Made by a program: the position numbers and the translations under genes. From Eledone cirrhosa (Eukaryota), in NCBI GenBank assembly GCA_964016885.1, contig OZ024740.1, positions 412,176,001 through 412,240,000 on the forward strand: DNA of 64,000 bases, given 5' to 3'. The notes under the pieces were generated by a model that ran no database searches, was not told the origin of the DNA, and saw only the letters and a program-made list of their open reading frames with translations. Shown here piece by piece: positions 12,393 through 26,385 of the stretch; position 1 is the stretch's first letter, and every line of letters starts with the position of its first letter.

Positions 12393-12395
<3 letters not shown>
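11943..12395. repeat. Two tandem foldback units of a Penelope-like repeat separated by (TA)n; partial HHR core at 12100-12134
   Basis: agtaataataataa..aagac..atcc..agagg starts both units; hairpin atcgctgctttca..ttaacggg / cccgttaa..tgaaagcagcgat; related inverted fragment at ~8105-8180. Confidence 0.65.
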
Positions 12396-13523
<1,128 letters not shown>

Positions 13524-13989
13524 GCTTTCACCGTATTTTTGACTAAAGGAATTTTAGCCTCATAATGGGGTTTAGAACCCTCAGATAAATGGAAAAAGAT
13601 GACTATTGATGTATATGTATATATATAGATTTATATATATATATATATTTATATTTATATTTATATTGATATGTGTTTCTTATAACTATAAATATGTAGG
13701 GTAGTACTAAGTACTAGCCGGTTACCGGTATGACAAAAGGCTCAATACAAATGTTTAAGTGTCTTACAGAGCAGAGTAACAATTATGACACTAGTAACAA
13801 TTATGTACCCTAAATGTTCTATATGACTAGGATTCTAGTTACACGTTTTCGACATCCCTTATGCTCCGATGAATCCAGACTTCCCCCTGGAAGCAACAAT
13901 TGTCAGCTAATAAATGTTCTAAATTAACATTTGATCGTTTTAACACTTTATATATATATATTATTGGCAACATGACCCTCCCAAAGTAT

Positions 13990-14057
<68 letters not shown>

Positions 14058-14150
14058 ATGGTGAACTAACTGTTGTATTAATACTTATATATATATAGTA
14101 ATAATAATAAATGTGAAGAGTATATATATATATATATATATGTAAATATA

Positions 14151-14267
<117 letters not shown>

Positions 14268-14317
14268 ATATATATAGAAATAATAACACCAGTTAGTTCA
14301 CCATACCGAGAACAATT

Positions 14318-14883
14318 GTCGGGATATGGCGTGGTAGGGTCCGAAAGTGCTCCACTACGGATGTAGGAGCTAGATAACGAAGGAAATGTGGTAACCACGC
14401 AGGTGGACCATAACGCCACATTACTCGACACTATGTGTAGTATAGTGGGTAATAGGAAGAGGTTCAGGACCCCGAGGGAGTGTGTATTTGCATGGTAGGT
14501 AATCTAGCTCCTACCTCCGTAGTATAGCACTTTCCGACCCTACCACGCCATATCTCGACCTATCCACCAAGCTCCAATTTCCACAGAATACCTACCATGC
14601 GAAAACGCAATCTGTCAGGGTCCTGAAATTCTGCCTATTACCCACTCTACTACCCATAATATCGAGTACTCTAGTGCGTTATGGTCCACCAGATTCCTTG
14701 CTACACTTCCTTTGTTATCTAGCTCCTACCTCCGTAGTGGAGCACTTTCCTACCCTACCACGCTATATCCCGACTTTTCCACCAAGTTCCAGTTTCCTCA
14801 AAATACCTGCCATGCGAAAACACACTCCGTCGGGGTCCTGAAACTTTTCCTATTACCCACTCTACTACCCATTGTATTGACTA
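14318..14883. repeat. ~215-bp unit repeat: one copy (14318-14500) inverted against ~1.8 tandem copies (14502-14883); related to the 2352 element end
   Basis: atctagctcctacctccgtagt at 14502 and 14717; taacgaaggaaatgtggtaa..caggtggaccataacgc shared with 2351-2392. Confidence 0.8.
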
Positions 14884-16839
14884 GCAGCATATATTTCTTT
14901 CATAACTTACTGCAGAGCACTGTAAAACATACCAATTTTCACGAGGTATGTATGTACGTTACTTTATTTTTAACAGTTCTTGGATATATTCCTCAAGCCT
15001 GGTGATACATTCTATTCTGTTGCATTCATGTCAAGTTTGTTTTTATGTTACTTAACTTTATTTCATATCTTCTTTTAGCTGATTTTATCTATGTTCAGAA
15101 ATTTTCTTCAACAAGTAACGTTCAAAACTGTTTTATGATCGGAAAATGTATATTCTCGGTTTGGTTGTTGTTGTTGGTTATCTTTTCACTACAAAATGAT
15201 AAACACCGTTATTTGTCACAAAATTGATTTTATTATCAATGTGTTTCTCGATATTTTATTTAATGTTCTTTAGCTGTATTTATTTTGCCTTTTTTTCAAA
15301 TATATAACATTTTAAAACAAATTTTTACACATAGTGGTGTATTAACTCATTTTGGTACTTTGCCAACCATCACTTCGAACGATTCAGGGAGAATTATGCA
15401 TTCTGAAGTATGGCTAGTCAAAATAAAATAAAATGATGTGCGTAAAAATGATGTATTTTCTTTAATTATGAAGAAAGACGGTAAATAATCACACATCGTC
15501 ACTATGCAATCATTCCGCATATGTTATATGGGTAGTCATATATTTAAAAACAATATATATTAACAAAATGTAGGATGCAAATACACTATCCGAATTATAA
15601 GTAACAACAGCAGAAATAGTAATGATAATAATAACTATTATTGACCATAAGGACCATCATATAGACAGGGGCAGTGGAATTGTACAAAAAAAATTGAGTA
15701 AACAATAACAAAAATAATAACAATAAACAAAAATATACTAACAATACAAATTCCCCAATAGGGAGAGAACCACAAATGGGTGCCTGAGAAGCCTGACCAA
15801 TCCTGAACTACCCCATATTTGTTTGGGTTTTATTAAGTGTGGTGGTGGAAAAAGAAAAACCGTGCTTGGCTGCTGCTAGTTAAATATTTATCACAGCTGG
15901 TTCTGTCACACCTGCTGATTGGAAACAGGCTGTTCTCTTGATTAAACCTACACTGTACTTCAATTGCATAGAACAGATCTATCTTACCCAGATATTGACC
16001 ATTCTTTTCTGCACCCGCTTATTCCTGGCCTAATTTACAAATAGCACTCCATCACAATTTTGTTCAACTCTTTTGTCTGAGTTTTTTTATTTATTGCAGC
16101 ATCAATTATAGACGACTTAGTCAACACTACTGAGCAACTGGGCACCTGTCGTGAGAGAGACTTTCACCTGAAGTTCCAGCCCCAATGACACCGTGTACTA
16201 TATTCAATGTATTTGACATTTGAGATATTGTGGTTTAATCGTTTTCCTTCCGGTATTTTTAACATGACACCTTCACTAAACAGATTGTCCAACATGACTT
16301 AAAGAGCTTATATCTAGCCTCATCTAGAGAAAACTCTATCTCGCGCCATATCTCAAGCTGGTATTTATGACATTTCACTTGATTTCACATCAGCCTTTTC
16401 CGTAAAAACACAATTTCCTTCATTCCCAGTGAACTGACTGTGTGCCCTAATACCAACCATGTTGAATTCTGAGGTTCCAGCCACAAGTAAATTGTTATAA
16501 TTATGACTAAGACATTTCTTCTTCCCCGGTTTTGACATCAAAATTATCCCTCACCTAGGCCTACAGCCAAATGAGGCTGACGAATTTGTCTACACATACA
16601 CATGCATACACAAACTTACATTCACGCATATTTTCTGAAATATGAACATACACATACACACATATACAAACATACGTACATATAGATACATAACGTTTTG
16701 CTCAGTATACATGTATATATTCGCAGTATACATCGGTTCGTCCAGTATTGAAATATTGTCTGTTAAATAGTTTCTCAACAATTGTACGAATGTTTCTTTA
16801 ACTTCTTCTCATCAACACTACATCCAGTGTTGAACCACA

Positions 16840-19803
16840 TTTTGTTCATTAACTTCATTTCGTTGAAGAGGATACTGCAGCAGAATGTGGCATATCAAAT
16901 CCGATGCGAAACTAGGGATGAAAACCAAACAAACATAAATATGTTGAAGACAAAACTGGGAAACGCAATGAACTTGAAGTAATTGGACTGAGAGCTGCTG
17001 ATAAAAAACACTAGAAAGAAAACTATATTTATCAATGAAGTCGTAAGCATTATATAAACAGAAAACATTAGTGATACAAAGCTCCAAGTAGTTGCTGGGG
17101 CAAATGTTGTAGATGAGTTGTTGTTAATTAAATTTTGAAAAGCTAGTAACAGGCATCCATGGTGGAATAGATGTATTTAGGACAGTGTTACAAAATTGAT
17201 GAAGGATCTTTGTAAGTTGTAGGAATGGATAATAGAATTTTACAGAATAAATGGTAAGTAAATATCTTGTGAGGAATTAGGGAAGTAATGCAGTGGTGAG
17301 TGGTGAAACAACGGATAAAATCAAAGACTGTAAGAGTAAAGAAATATGACGAAAGAAGTAGCCAATACATAAAGAATAGGATCTTTCAAATCAATAAAAA
17401 AAGATTGGGAAACTGGAAGGAATCGAAAGGAACAATAGTTTGAGACCAGATGCACAAAAAAGCATTACTTTTTTGGAATAACATTCGGGGGATATTTGTT
17501 CAACACAATGGTGAAGCAGATTGTAAAAAGAAGGTTGTTCAAGTACAGTTGTATATAAGCAAGAACATGTCAAAATAACAAATGACATATTTAGACCCAG
17601 TTGCGAAAGATGCCAAAATGGAAAGCAAGTGGACTAGATGATCCAAATGTTTACTGGCTAAAAAAACTTTAGCTACCTCCATGAAGTAATAACTACACAA
17701 ATAGACGAAGTCTCAAGTTATGGAGAAACGCCAGAATTGATGACAAATGCACGCACATGTTTGATACTAAAAATGAGAGTAACGAAGTTTCAAATTTGAG
17801 ATGGAAGATACTAACAAAAAATATTAGTTGAAGAAATGAGTACATTCATGGAGAAGGAAATGTTGCTTCTTGGGGAGCAGAAAGGGTGTAGGCGTAGTAA
17901 CAGAAGAACGAAAGATCAGCTGATGATTGATATAATAGAAGAATTGCAAAAAGAGGTTCACCAATCTGTCCTTTGCTTGCATTGACTACAAAAAGGCATG
18001 GTGATGCATTCTTGGATTCTTCAGTATTTGGATATGTTTAAGGAGTTAAACAACATCAATAACCTTATAGAGAAATCAATGGCCAAATGAAAAGTAGAAT
18101 TGGCATCAGCAGGAGAAAGATTAGGGGAGGTTAAAGCAAGGCATCCTTCAAACATTTTGTTTGTTGTTGTAATGAAACCACTGTCAGTTGTTCTGCATGT
18201 CAATGGGATAAATTCTAAGGAAAAATAGGAGCAACGTCAGCCATTTATTGTTTAGGAATGGTTTTAAAATGTACAGTCGTAATATAGAAGAGCTAGGCAC
18301 TTTAGTGCAAAAGAGTGAGAGTAATTTCCAAAGACATAGGGATGGAGTTTGTCATTAAAATATCTGCAATGATAAAGGTTAAGCGTTGAAAGCTAGTAAG
18401 GGGATGGAATGAAACAACTAAATTGTGAAATAATCATAGCACTGGAAACAGGGGAAGCTCATAAATATCTAAGGGTGCTACAAAATATTTAAGTAAAAAA
18501 CAAAAAAATTGCAAGAATCCGTCATAAAAGAGTACTTTCAAAGATTCATGACGATCCTCAAGTGCCGTTGGTATGGAGCAAATACTGTGCAAGCAATAAA
18601 CACCAGAGTTGTTTCCTTAATTATGTATGGGGCAGGTATAGTAGAATGGACAAAGGTGAAATGAAATTAACTGGAAAACAAGGGAAATGCTCACTTTCTA
18701 TCGAAGCATGCACACACACGGTGATGCAGAGAGGCCGTATTGGAAAATACCTGAGAGATATTGTTCATTGTTGAGTTTACAGGAGGCTGTCAAAATAGAA
18801 GTGGCACGGGTTTCTATATTAAACAAAAATAAGAGAGAAAGGCTTATATTTGAGGTTGTCAGGGAAGGCATATTTAAGAAAAACTGAGACGCAGAAAAGA
18901 CAAAGACTAAAATGGCTGAAGAGAGTAAAAAAGCATTTGGTGAAAGTCTCCTGCATTCAGCATTACTTAATGAAACAAAAAATGTGTTTGGTAACAAAAT
19001 TACTTTGTTATATTCACAGAAAGCCTTCTTAAGAAGTAAACGGAAGGACTTATATTAGCAGCGCAAGATCAACCCATAAGAACAAGGTAAGTAATTAATG
19101 ATGTTCAACCTGAATGCAAAGTTTGCGGGGTAAAAGGTAGAGAAATAACCCACATCGTTTAGGGAGTGTAGTTAGTTCAAAATGATTATAAAAAATGCAA
19201 ACATGCTAATTTGGCTACCATGTTGCAATTGAACTAGTGTAAAAAGTATGGTTTTCCATGTCCAGAAAAATGCTTTGTGTATGTTCGCACAATTGAGATG
19301 ACAGTGTTTAAGAAATATGAAATAAGGTTCTCATGGTATTCCCAATTCAGACCGAGAGAAAGATTGAATACAACAAAACAGATATTGTTGTAATTATGAA
19401 GAAGGAAAGAAACGGTAACCTCACATATGTTGCGTGTCGTGTTGAGACCAGAATTGAACGAGAAGAGGAGAAACTAGGGGTGTATACCAAATTAAAATAT
19501 GAGACCTTGAAATGCTGGAATAATGACGTGTAGACAGTCACCAATGTCTCAATGGTGAGTGGTGCTCTTGGCACATTGACAACTAACATTGAAAACTAGG
19601 TGTCAAAAACATACGTTTCACCAGGGATTGAACTGCACAAGAAGACATACCGAATATTGAGACAGATTCTGGACTACCAACAATAGTAAAATGACAAATG
19701 TGATAGGTGGAGTTACCTTAGGTTACTGCAGCACAGTATTCCCTAAAATTTCCAGCCACAAACACCATCAAAAATAAGTCGTGATAAATAGTCAAATAAT
19801 AAG
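16840..19803 (+). pseudogene. Decayed R4/Dong-like (restriction-like endonuclease) non-LTR retrotransposon
   Basis: Motifs in order across broken frames: EQKGCRRSNRRTKDQLMID (~17875), IDYKKA (~17981), DIGMEF (~18333), HKYLRVL (~18460), TEGLILAAQDQ (~19040), CKVCG..ITHI (~19114), KTDIVV (~19375); many stops and frameshifts. Confidence 0.85.
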
Positions 19804-19805
19804 TA

Positions 19806-20012
19806 TTTCTAAGATAGGCACAAGGCCAATAATTTAGGGTGAGGGTAAAGTCAAGCCAATTGACTCCAGTGCATTACTGGTCCTTTATTTTATCGACCCC
19901 GTAAGGAGAAAAGGCTGTTAACCTCGGCGGGGTTTATACACAGAACGCAAAGGTACATAACTCTATGTTGCAAAGCATGGTGTCCAACGCTCTACCGATA
20001 CTGCCAATCAGC
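19806..20012 (-). mobile_element. tRNA-derived SINE, family A
   Basis: ggcacaaggcc..ctggt..tttattttatcgaccccgtaagga..aaaggc..aacctcggcgg core shared by five other copies in the window. Confidence 0.85.
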
Positions 20013-20194
20013 AGATTATAGCAATTATAATCACCCACTCGTAATATATATTTAATTATTTAGCCACAAGTACTTACATATACCATACAATAAATATCTT
20101 GAATATAGTGCTTGCAATAAATGTTTGATGTGGACAAAATACAGTTATATACAAAGAAACATAGAATCAATGGTATTGTAAAATAGAGTTTGTT

Positions 20195-20372
20195 CTTTTG
20201 GCACGAGGCCAGCGATTACCCCAGTGCACCACTGGTACTTTATTTTACCGACCTCGTAAGGATGAAAGGCAAAGTTAACCTCGGCGGATTTGAACTTAAA
20301 ACGCAAAGGCCATAACTATGCTGCAAAGCATGGTGTCTGACGCTCTACCGATATTGCCAAACCACCGCCCTT
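20195..20372 (-). mobile_element. tRNA-derived SINE, family A
   Basis: Same core; reverse-strand A box (ggtagagcg) and B box (gttcaaatcc). Confidence 0.85.
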
Positions 20373-20689
20373 GGAGTTGTAAAATAGACGGAATAGTATT
20401 TGATAAAATATAAAAGAGTTGCTATATATCTGTCAAAACACATCCTGCTTTCCTGCAACAGGAAGTGTAGATTGGACAACGTAAACATCAAATATTCAAA
20501 ACCATGGTGTTGCTGCACAATGTTCTCAAAACATTAGAAATTATATTTACTCCAGTTTCTGACATCTTACATTTAAAACTGTATCCAACTATCGCATATT
20601 GACATCCCACATTTGAATCGATATTATACATCTAATGACACAAGAGGGCATATTCTGAAGACACACTTCGCTTATATATTACCATGGTA

Positions 20690-20933
20690 TTTGTAGCTAG
20701 AAAATTCCCATCCGAGGCAGTTGTCCATGCATACGAGTCTCCCCTCTCCCCGCCACCAATGTTGTCCAAGGGGAAGGCAATCGCCGATACAATTTGGCCC
20801 CAGTGAAGCTGCAACTCATTTCCACCGCTAAGTAAAATGGAGGAACGTGAAATAAATTGTCTTGCTGACCCGGTCGATAATTGAACTCACAATCTCCCGA
20901 TTTCAACCCCAACGCTCTAACCACCAAGTCATG
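20690..20933 (-). mobile_element. tRNA-derived SINE, family B
   Basis: Reverse strand begins catgacttggtggttagagcgttgggg..gagttcaattatcgacc (A/B boxes); body differs from family A. Confidence 0.65.
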
Positions 20934-21440
20934 TAAGACTAGGAGATATATTTAACTCAAAAGAAAAAAAAAATCATTTACATATGATATGGTAGAAATA
21001 GCAGCCACATATTTCTCACTTTGATAAGGACACACTGGAAAGTCTGAGCATCTACGGCAAAACAATTTGCTGAGAATGGCTATAATGACCTGGTTGATGA
21101 ATCAGCTCTAATTATGAGGAAAATAAATATTAGAATACATATACCACAAAATCCATCATCAAATCATCTTTCAGGTGACATACCACAACCCGAACATTTT
21201 AAGACGTCACAAACAGAACTATTCGGGAAACGTTGAGGGCTGCAATAAATACCTTTACATAAAGAATTGAGGTAATATTTCAGTTGAAACAATATCATTA
21301 TGTTCTCAATCCCCTTTGCATTATAAACAATCTCAAACAAAACTCTTTCTTATAAGCATTAATTTCTGCTATTCACGTGTTACAATACTCCACATCTCTT
21401 GAGGGCACTTTTCCATCATCATTATAGAAATGTCAATATC

Positions 21441-21626
21441 CGGTGGATTGTCAGTATCGGTAGAGAGTCGGACGCTATGCTTTCCAGCATAGTTACGTCC
21501 CTTAACGATCTGAGTTCAAATCCCGCCGAGGTTCACTTTGTCTGTCATCCTTATGGGGTCGATAAAATAAAGTACCAGTAATGTACTGGGTAATTGCTGG
21601 CCTTGTGCCAACAGTAGAAACAATTA
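21441..21626 (+). mobile_element. tRNA-derived SINE, family A
   Basis: ggtggattgtcagtatcggtagag..gagttcaaatcccgccgagg..ggggtcgataaaataaagtaccag. Confidence 0.9.
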
Positions 21627-23529
21627 TAGAAATGTCAATCATTAATGAAGAAAATACTGTTTATTGTGAAATTATTTTAGAATGTTTAAAGTTAACCGTT
21701 TCAATGAATACAGTTTTCATTCGCAGGTGTGTAAATAACATTACAAATGCGTAAATAACATTATAAATTGTTAGCAATTCGTTCAGAAGAACATTAGAAA
21801 TATAATCTTGATAAACAAATAAAAGAGAGAGAAAAGGAGAGAAAAAAAGAAAGAAAAAAAAAAGAAGGTAAAAAAGAAAGAAACTAAAAAAAGAAAACGC
21901 CCATCAATTCACAACCATGTGCGACAATCGATCGCACATCGTAGGGGAAGACTTTCATAAACTTTGAAACATCACAAACATTAAAGTTGCAATACATTCA
22001 TTCGATGTGATAGTCATAAAGATTCACAAACCATCCATGCAAATCATTATAAAACAAGGTACACATAGCAATGCCAGCCGCAGAAGTCACCCCATTGCAC
22101 CGATTATTTTATTCGGTTAAATACAACACCCATATTTGGGGCTTTGTCGATATTTTAAAGCCCACTATTTTCGCCATCGTTGTATTTTATTTGGTATATT
22201 GTTTTCTTTTTGGAGTAAATGTTTTTGTTATATTTGTTTCCCAGACTGTTGTTGCTGTAGTTGTTGCTGTTTAGATACAGTTTAGAATTGACTATACAGT
22301 CATATAATCAAAGAGATTTAAGCTATGGCCATCGAGCGTTTTATGTTTGTGATTACAAATATTATATCTCGGATTACATTGTTCAATGTGTTCCTTCTTT
22401 TCTAAAGTGAGTAATATCTCATGTCGGGTAAATATGACTACAATTTCTAATATGTGACATGAACAAGTGCGGACAGAATTGGTAGGCCAAAATACGTATA
22501 TTACTACTCGAGCCCTTATGCTTGCGATTCATTGAAATTTCTTAGATTTTTTGCTGTTTTTATTTTCGCTTTATTTCCCGTTACCGCTTTTCTGTTTTTT
22601 CCTGTTAATTGGCATGATTTGTATTCCCCATTAAGTGTGATAGAAAGCTATTTTTTGAAAGGTTGGTTTGAGAATTAAATACTAACAGTACTGAATTAGT
22701 TACTTCTATCTCCTAATTAAAGTTCTGCAGACTCGACTTGGTTATACATCCACCTCATATTTGTATCTTTCTTTCTTTCATCTGTTTTTGTTCTTTTTGT
22801 TTTTCTTTTACGTCTTGTGAAAGGTGTTGCATTCGTAGTCTTTGCAATATTTCCAGGAGATGCAAAATGAATATAATGTTTCATACGAACAATTGAAACT
22901 TGACAGATTTTGGAAAGAATGTATGGTGAGGGATATACGACGAGTGTTGTGTTTCTTCGAAGAACTGGGCATATTGTATAGTGCAGTTAATAGACGTATG
23001 AAAATGCAGGTGACAAAATAAAGAGAGACAAGAGAGTGAGGTATTCCTAAGTGAGGGCCATGAAATGACCAAGCTCCTCGGGAGAAATACTCTATATGTA
23101 GTAGAAATAGCAGTCAATGATCGCCTGCCGCATGCTTGACGATGGAATCTGTTTTGTTTAACCTTATTATAACAGTGTTTATTTATTCTATTCTACGTTC
23201 ACACCTCAGCGATAGGTTGGTCGGGTTAGCAAATAATTAATAAAAACCTGAGAATGCTCGAAATATCGTATCTCACTCTTAAATAATTTTGTCTCATCAA
23301 AACATGTAACAATGTTTATTGTTGTTACAAAGGTCACGTTTTTGGAAACAGGCGTCATTTTTCCGCAGAGCGCAGTCGAAATATCGCCCTCACCCTTTCT
23401 TTCTTTTTTTCTTTAGTTACCCTCGCTTTTCTTTTTTTCTCGTTACTTGCATCTATAAGTGGCTATTGTATAATTGCTTTCACAATTGAGATACTTATTT
23501 CATCTTACATTGGAAATCATGCTGCTATA

Positions 23530-23860
23530 GTGGAATGATGATTTTGATGATCATGATGATGGAGACAATTATGACGACAACAACGACGACAATGATGATA
23601 AACTTGATGATGATGATCATTACCACTCTAGTGGTTGTGGTGTTTCTGGTGATTATTGTGGTGGTGGTGATGGTGAGGAGGATTATGCTAACCATGGTTA
23701 TGATTATAGCGATGGTAGTTCGTATGGTCATTGAGATTGTGGAGAGAAGATGATTGTGGTAATGGTGGCAGATGTACTGGAGGTGATGTTCAGAAAGATG
23801 TTGATAATGGTGATGTTCATTAAGGTAATGTTGGTAACGGCCGTAAATATGGTTTGAATC
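23530..23860. repeat. Degenerate (GAT/GGT)n low-complexity tract
   Basis: Triplet-periodic G/T-rich sequence. Confidence 0.85.
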
Positions 23861-24247
23861 GCTATGATTTTGTGATTTTCTTGTGTTTCTCTGTATAATA
23901 GAGGCCTTCAATTGGTCGCACAACTTCTGCTACTGCTGCAGTTAATGTTACGTCCTCTTACTACTTGCTGCTGTTGTTTATCTTTGGTTTCATTATATTT
24001 CCGTTTATCATGTTGTGCTGCTGCAGGACACTCATCAGTGATCATGCTTTTGCTGACATATCTATGTTGTATACCAGGAAGGTAATCTTTCATTTTCTAA
24101 TCGATTGCTCACTTGGAAAATTCCTAGCGACGTGGATGTAGTACTTCGATGTTGATATAAATATGATTGTTGATGTTATTTCTGAAGTTATTGTTGTTTT
24201 GAACAAATAATTCCTGCAGTGACCGTCTCATCCCATTTTCTGCATAC

Positions 24248-24249
<2 letters not shown>

Positions 24250-24332
<83 letters not shown>

Positions 24333-24391
24333 TATATGTATGTATATATATATTTATGTATGTATATATATATATATATAAATAAATATAA

Positions 24392-24426
<35 letters not shown>
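24250..24426. repeat. Compound (TA)n(TG)n microsatellite
   Basis: Direct reading. Confidence 0.97.
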
Positions 24427-24430
<4 letters not shown>

Positions 24431-24809
24431 ATCTTAATAAATGGAAACTATATTTATAAAACCATATTTATTTCATTATACATATTTCAAGGACACCAAA
24501 GCAAATTATGGTGCGCTTTCATCAGATAAAATATAATATAGATCAGTTTTATAAACAAATATTGTATCCCAACAAATTAAATATAACTTCTACATATATA
24601 TATTGTATAAGTTCCCAGAGTCCACGCTTTGCCTGGAAACTTAGCTGAGAATAGACTTCCCTGACGACGAAAGGCTTCTCTATATTTTCTTCGGAAAGTA
24701 TATTTATTCCCTTTCAGAAACTAATTAGTTGGGAGTAAAATTTTAGTAAGTAAGTTAATTTTATAATTTTCTTATTTTACGTCTCTCATATATATATATA
24801 TATATATAT

Positions 24810-24960
24810 AAAGAAAAAGAGATGAAATCGAAAATGCAACTGAAGTCTTATTTTTTTTAAAAATATATATATTTATTTGGTTCCTTTACCGACTTCGCAG
24901 TTCTTCTGCTTTTCAAAAGGTGAGTTGAGATGGAGGGTCTGTGGTTTTTCTCACATCTGA
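24810..24960. repeat. Solo copy of the TA-associated repeat end (family of 12457/13215/8575)
   Basis: aaagaaaaagagatgaaatcgaaaatgcaact..gagatggagggtctgtggtttttctcacatctg, between TA runs. Confidence 0.85.
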
Positions 24961-25057
24961 GATATATATATATATATATATATAAGACTCTCTTGTATAC
25001 TTTGTGTTTTTGCTGGTGGGCGTTGTTGATGTTTATAATTAGGTCAACCCCGATCGT

Positions 25058-25168
25058 GAAATCCCGCCGATGTTAACTTTGCCTTTTATCCTTACGGGGT
25101 CAATAAAATAAAGTACCAGTAATGTACTGGTTAATTGCTGGTCTTGTGCCAAAAGTAGAAACAATTAT
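25058..25168 (+). mobile_element. 5'-truncated SINE, family A
   Basis: aaatcccgccga..ggggtcaataaaataaagtaccag..gtagaaacaatta. Confidence 0.85.
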
Positions 25169-25269
25169 TTGAAGGAGGAAGGGTAGCGTAACGGAGATTG
25201 TGTTACACTTGAACTTTTTGTAATTGTTGCTGTATTTATGATTATATTCTAATCGGTGTCGTCCTTCGG

Positions 25270-25455
25270 AGAACATGATTTGCGCCATATAGTTACGGCC
25301 CTTTAATTTCTGAGTTCAAATCGCGCTGAGTTTGGCTTTGTCTTTAATCGTTACGTTGTCGATAATATAAGACAGAAATAACGAACTGGAATCAATTTAA
25401 TCGACTTTCCCCTTTCCTTCAAATGACTTGTCTTGTCCCAAACTAGAAAATGTTA
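25270..25455 (+). mobile_element. Older diverged SINE, family A-related
   Basis: tgagttcaaatcgcgctgag..gtcgataatataag..cttgtcccaaactagaaa. Confidence 0.6.
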
Positions 25456-25883
25456 TTATTGTTATTATTGTTATTACTGTTATTGATAAATTGCGGTAAC
25501 TTTTTCGTTGTTGTTGTTGTTGTACTTTTTATCGTCGTTCATTAGATCGTTCATATTTTGATAATGGCGTCGCTAAATATATTTATCAACATAAGGTTTT
25601 TTTATTTGGCCGTAACAACTACTGTTTTTGTTTATATGCTGCTACTGTTGCTGCTGTTGCTGAATTTATTGCTATTGCTGCCACAGTTGGAGCTGTTGTT
25701 ATTTACGGCAGCTAGTGTCCATGTTGGTAGTGTCATTGTCGGTATCGTTGTTCAAACTCTGCGATATACTGGTGCTATTTCTGATGATGCTACATTTGTT
25801 AGTACATAACAGCACCTGGAGTTTCAGCTGCTGCCGATGATGATGTTGACGACGATGAAGTTGTTGAAGATTATGATGAAATT

Positions 25884-26071
25884 AATTGTTTCTACTTTAG
25901 GCACAAGGCTAGCAATTGCTCAGTGCATTACTGGTACTTTATTTTATCGACCCCGTAAGGATGAAAGGCAAAGTTAACCTCGGCGGGATTTGAAATCAGA
26001 TCGTAAAGGGGCGTAACTATACTGGAAAGCATGGCGTCCGACCCTCTGCGGATACTGCCAATCCACCACCT
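25884..26071 (-). mobile_element. tRNA-derived SINE, family A
   Basis: Reverse complement of 21441-21626. Confidence 0.9.
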
Positions 26072-26385
26072 GAGGATATTAATATTGATGATTATGATGA
26101 TGAGCATTACCATGTGAATGACAGCGATACGACTGACGAGGACAACAATAACATAGGTGATGATACGAAGATGTAGGACTTTTATGAGTCGATGGTGATA
26201 ATATGGTGAAGGAGGCGAATGACGGACGAGAGGAATGATTATGATGGTGATGATGAACGGAATATGGTGATGAAGGGGAAAAAAGATGACAATGAGTGTG
26301 ATGACGATGATCAAGATATCGAGGATGATGATGGTGAAGATGATGGCGACGATATCCATGATGCTGCTACAGTTGGTGATACTGC
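26072..26385. repeat. Degenerate (GAT)n-like tract leading into the minisatellite
   Basis: gat/gac/ggt triplets without the 57/60-bp period. Confidence 0.8.

Noticed and set aside
13830-13885. Possible half-hammerhead (minus gtcgaaaacgtgtaactag; plus ccgatgaatcc)
   Set aside because: Cannot assemble a complete core with three stems
14890-16840. Host exons in the apparently unique sequence (also 21630-23500)
   Set aside because: No convincing ORF, protein motif or splice-supported exon by eye; small exons cannot be excluded without RNA data
21441-21530. tRNA gene
   Set aside because: A/B boxes are present but there is no cloverleaf; it continues into the SINE body repeated six times in the window
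24656-24715. Possible hammerhead ctgacga-cgaa..ttcg-gaaa-gtatatt
   Set aside because: The core and stem II are present, but no stem I partner (ggaag) follows, so it is at best a decayed remnant
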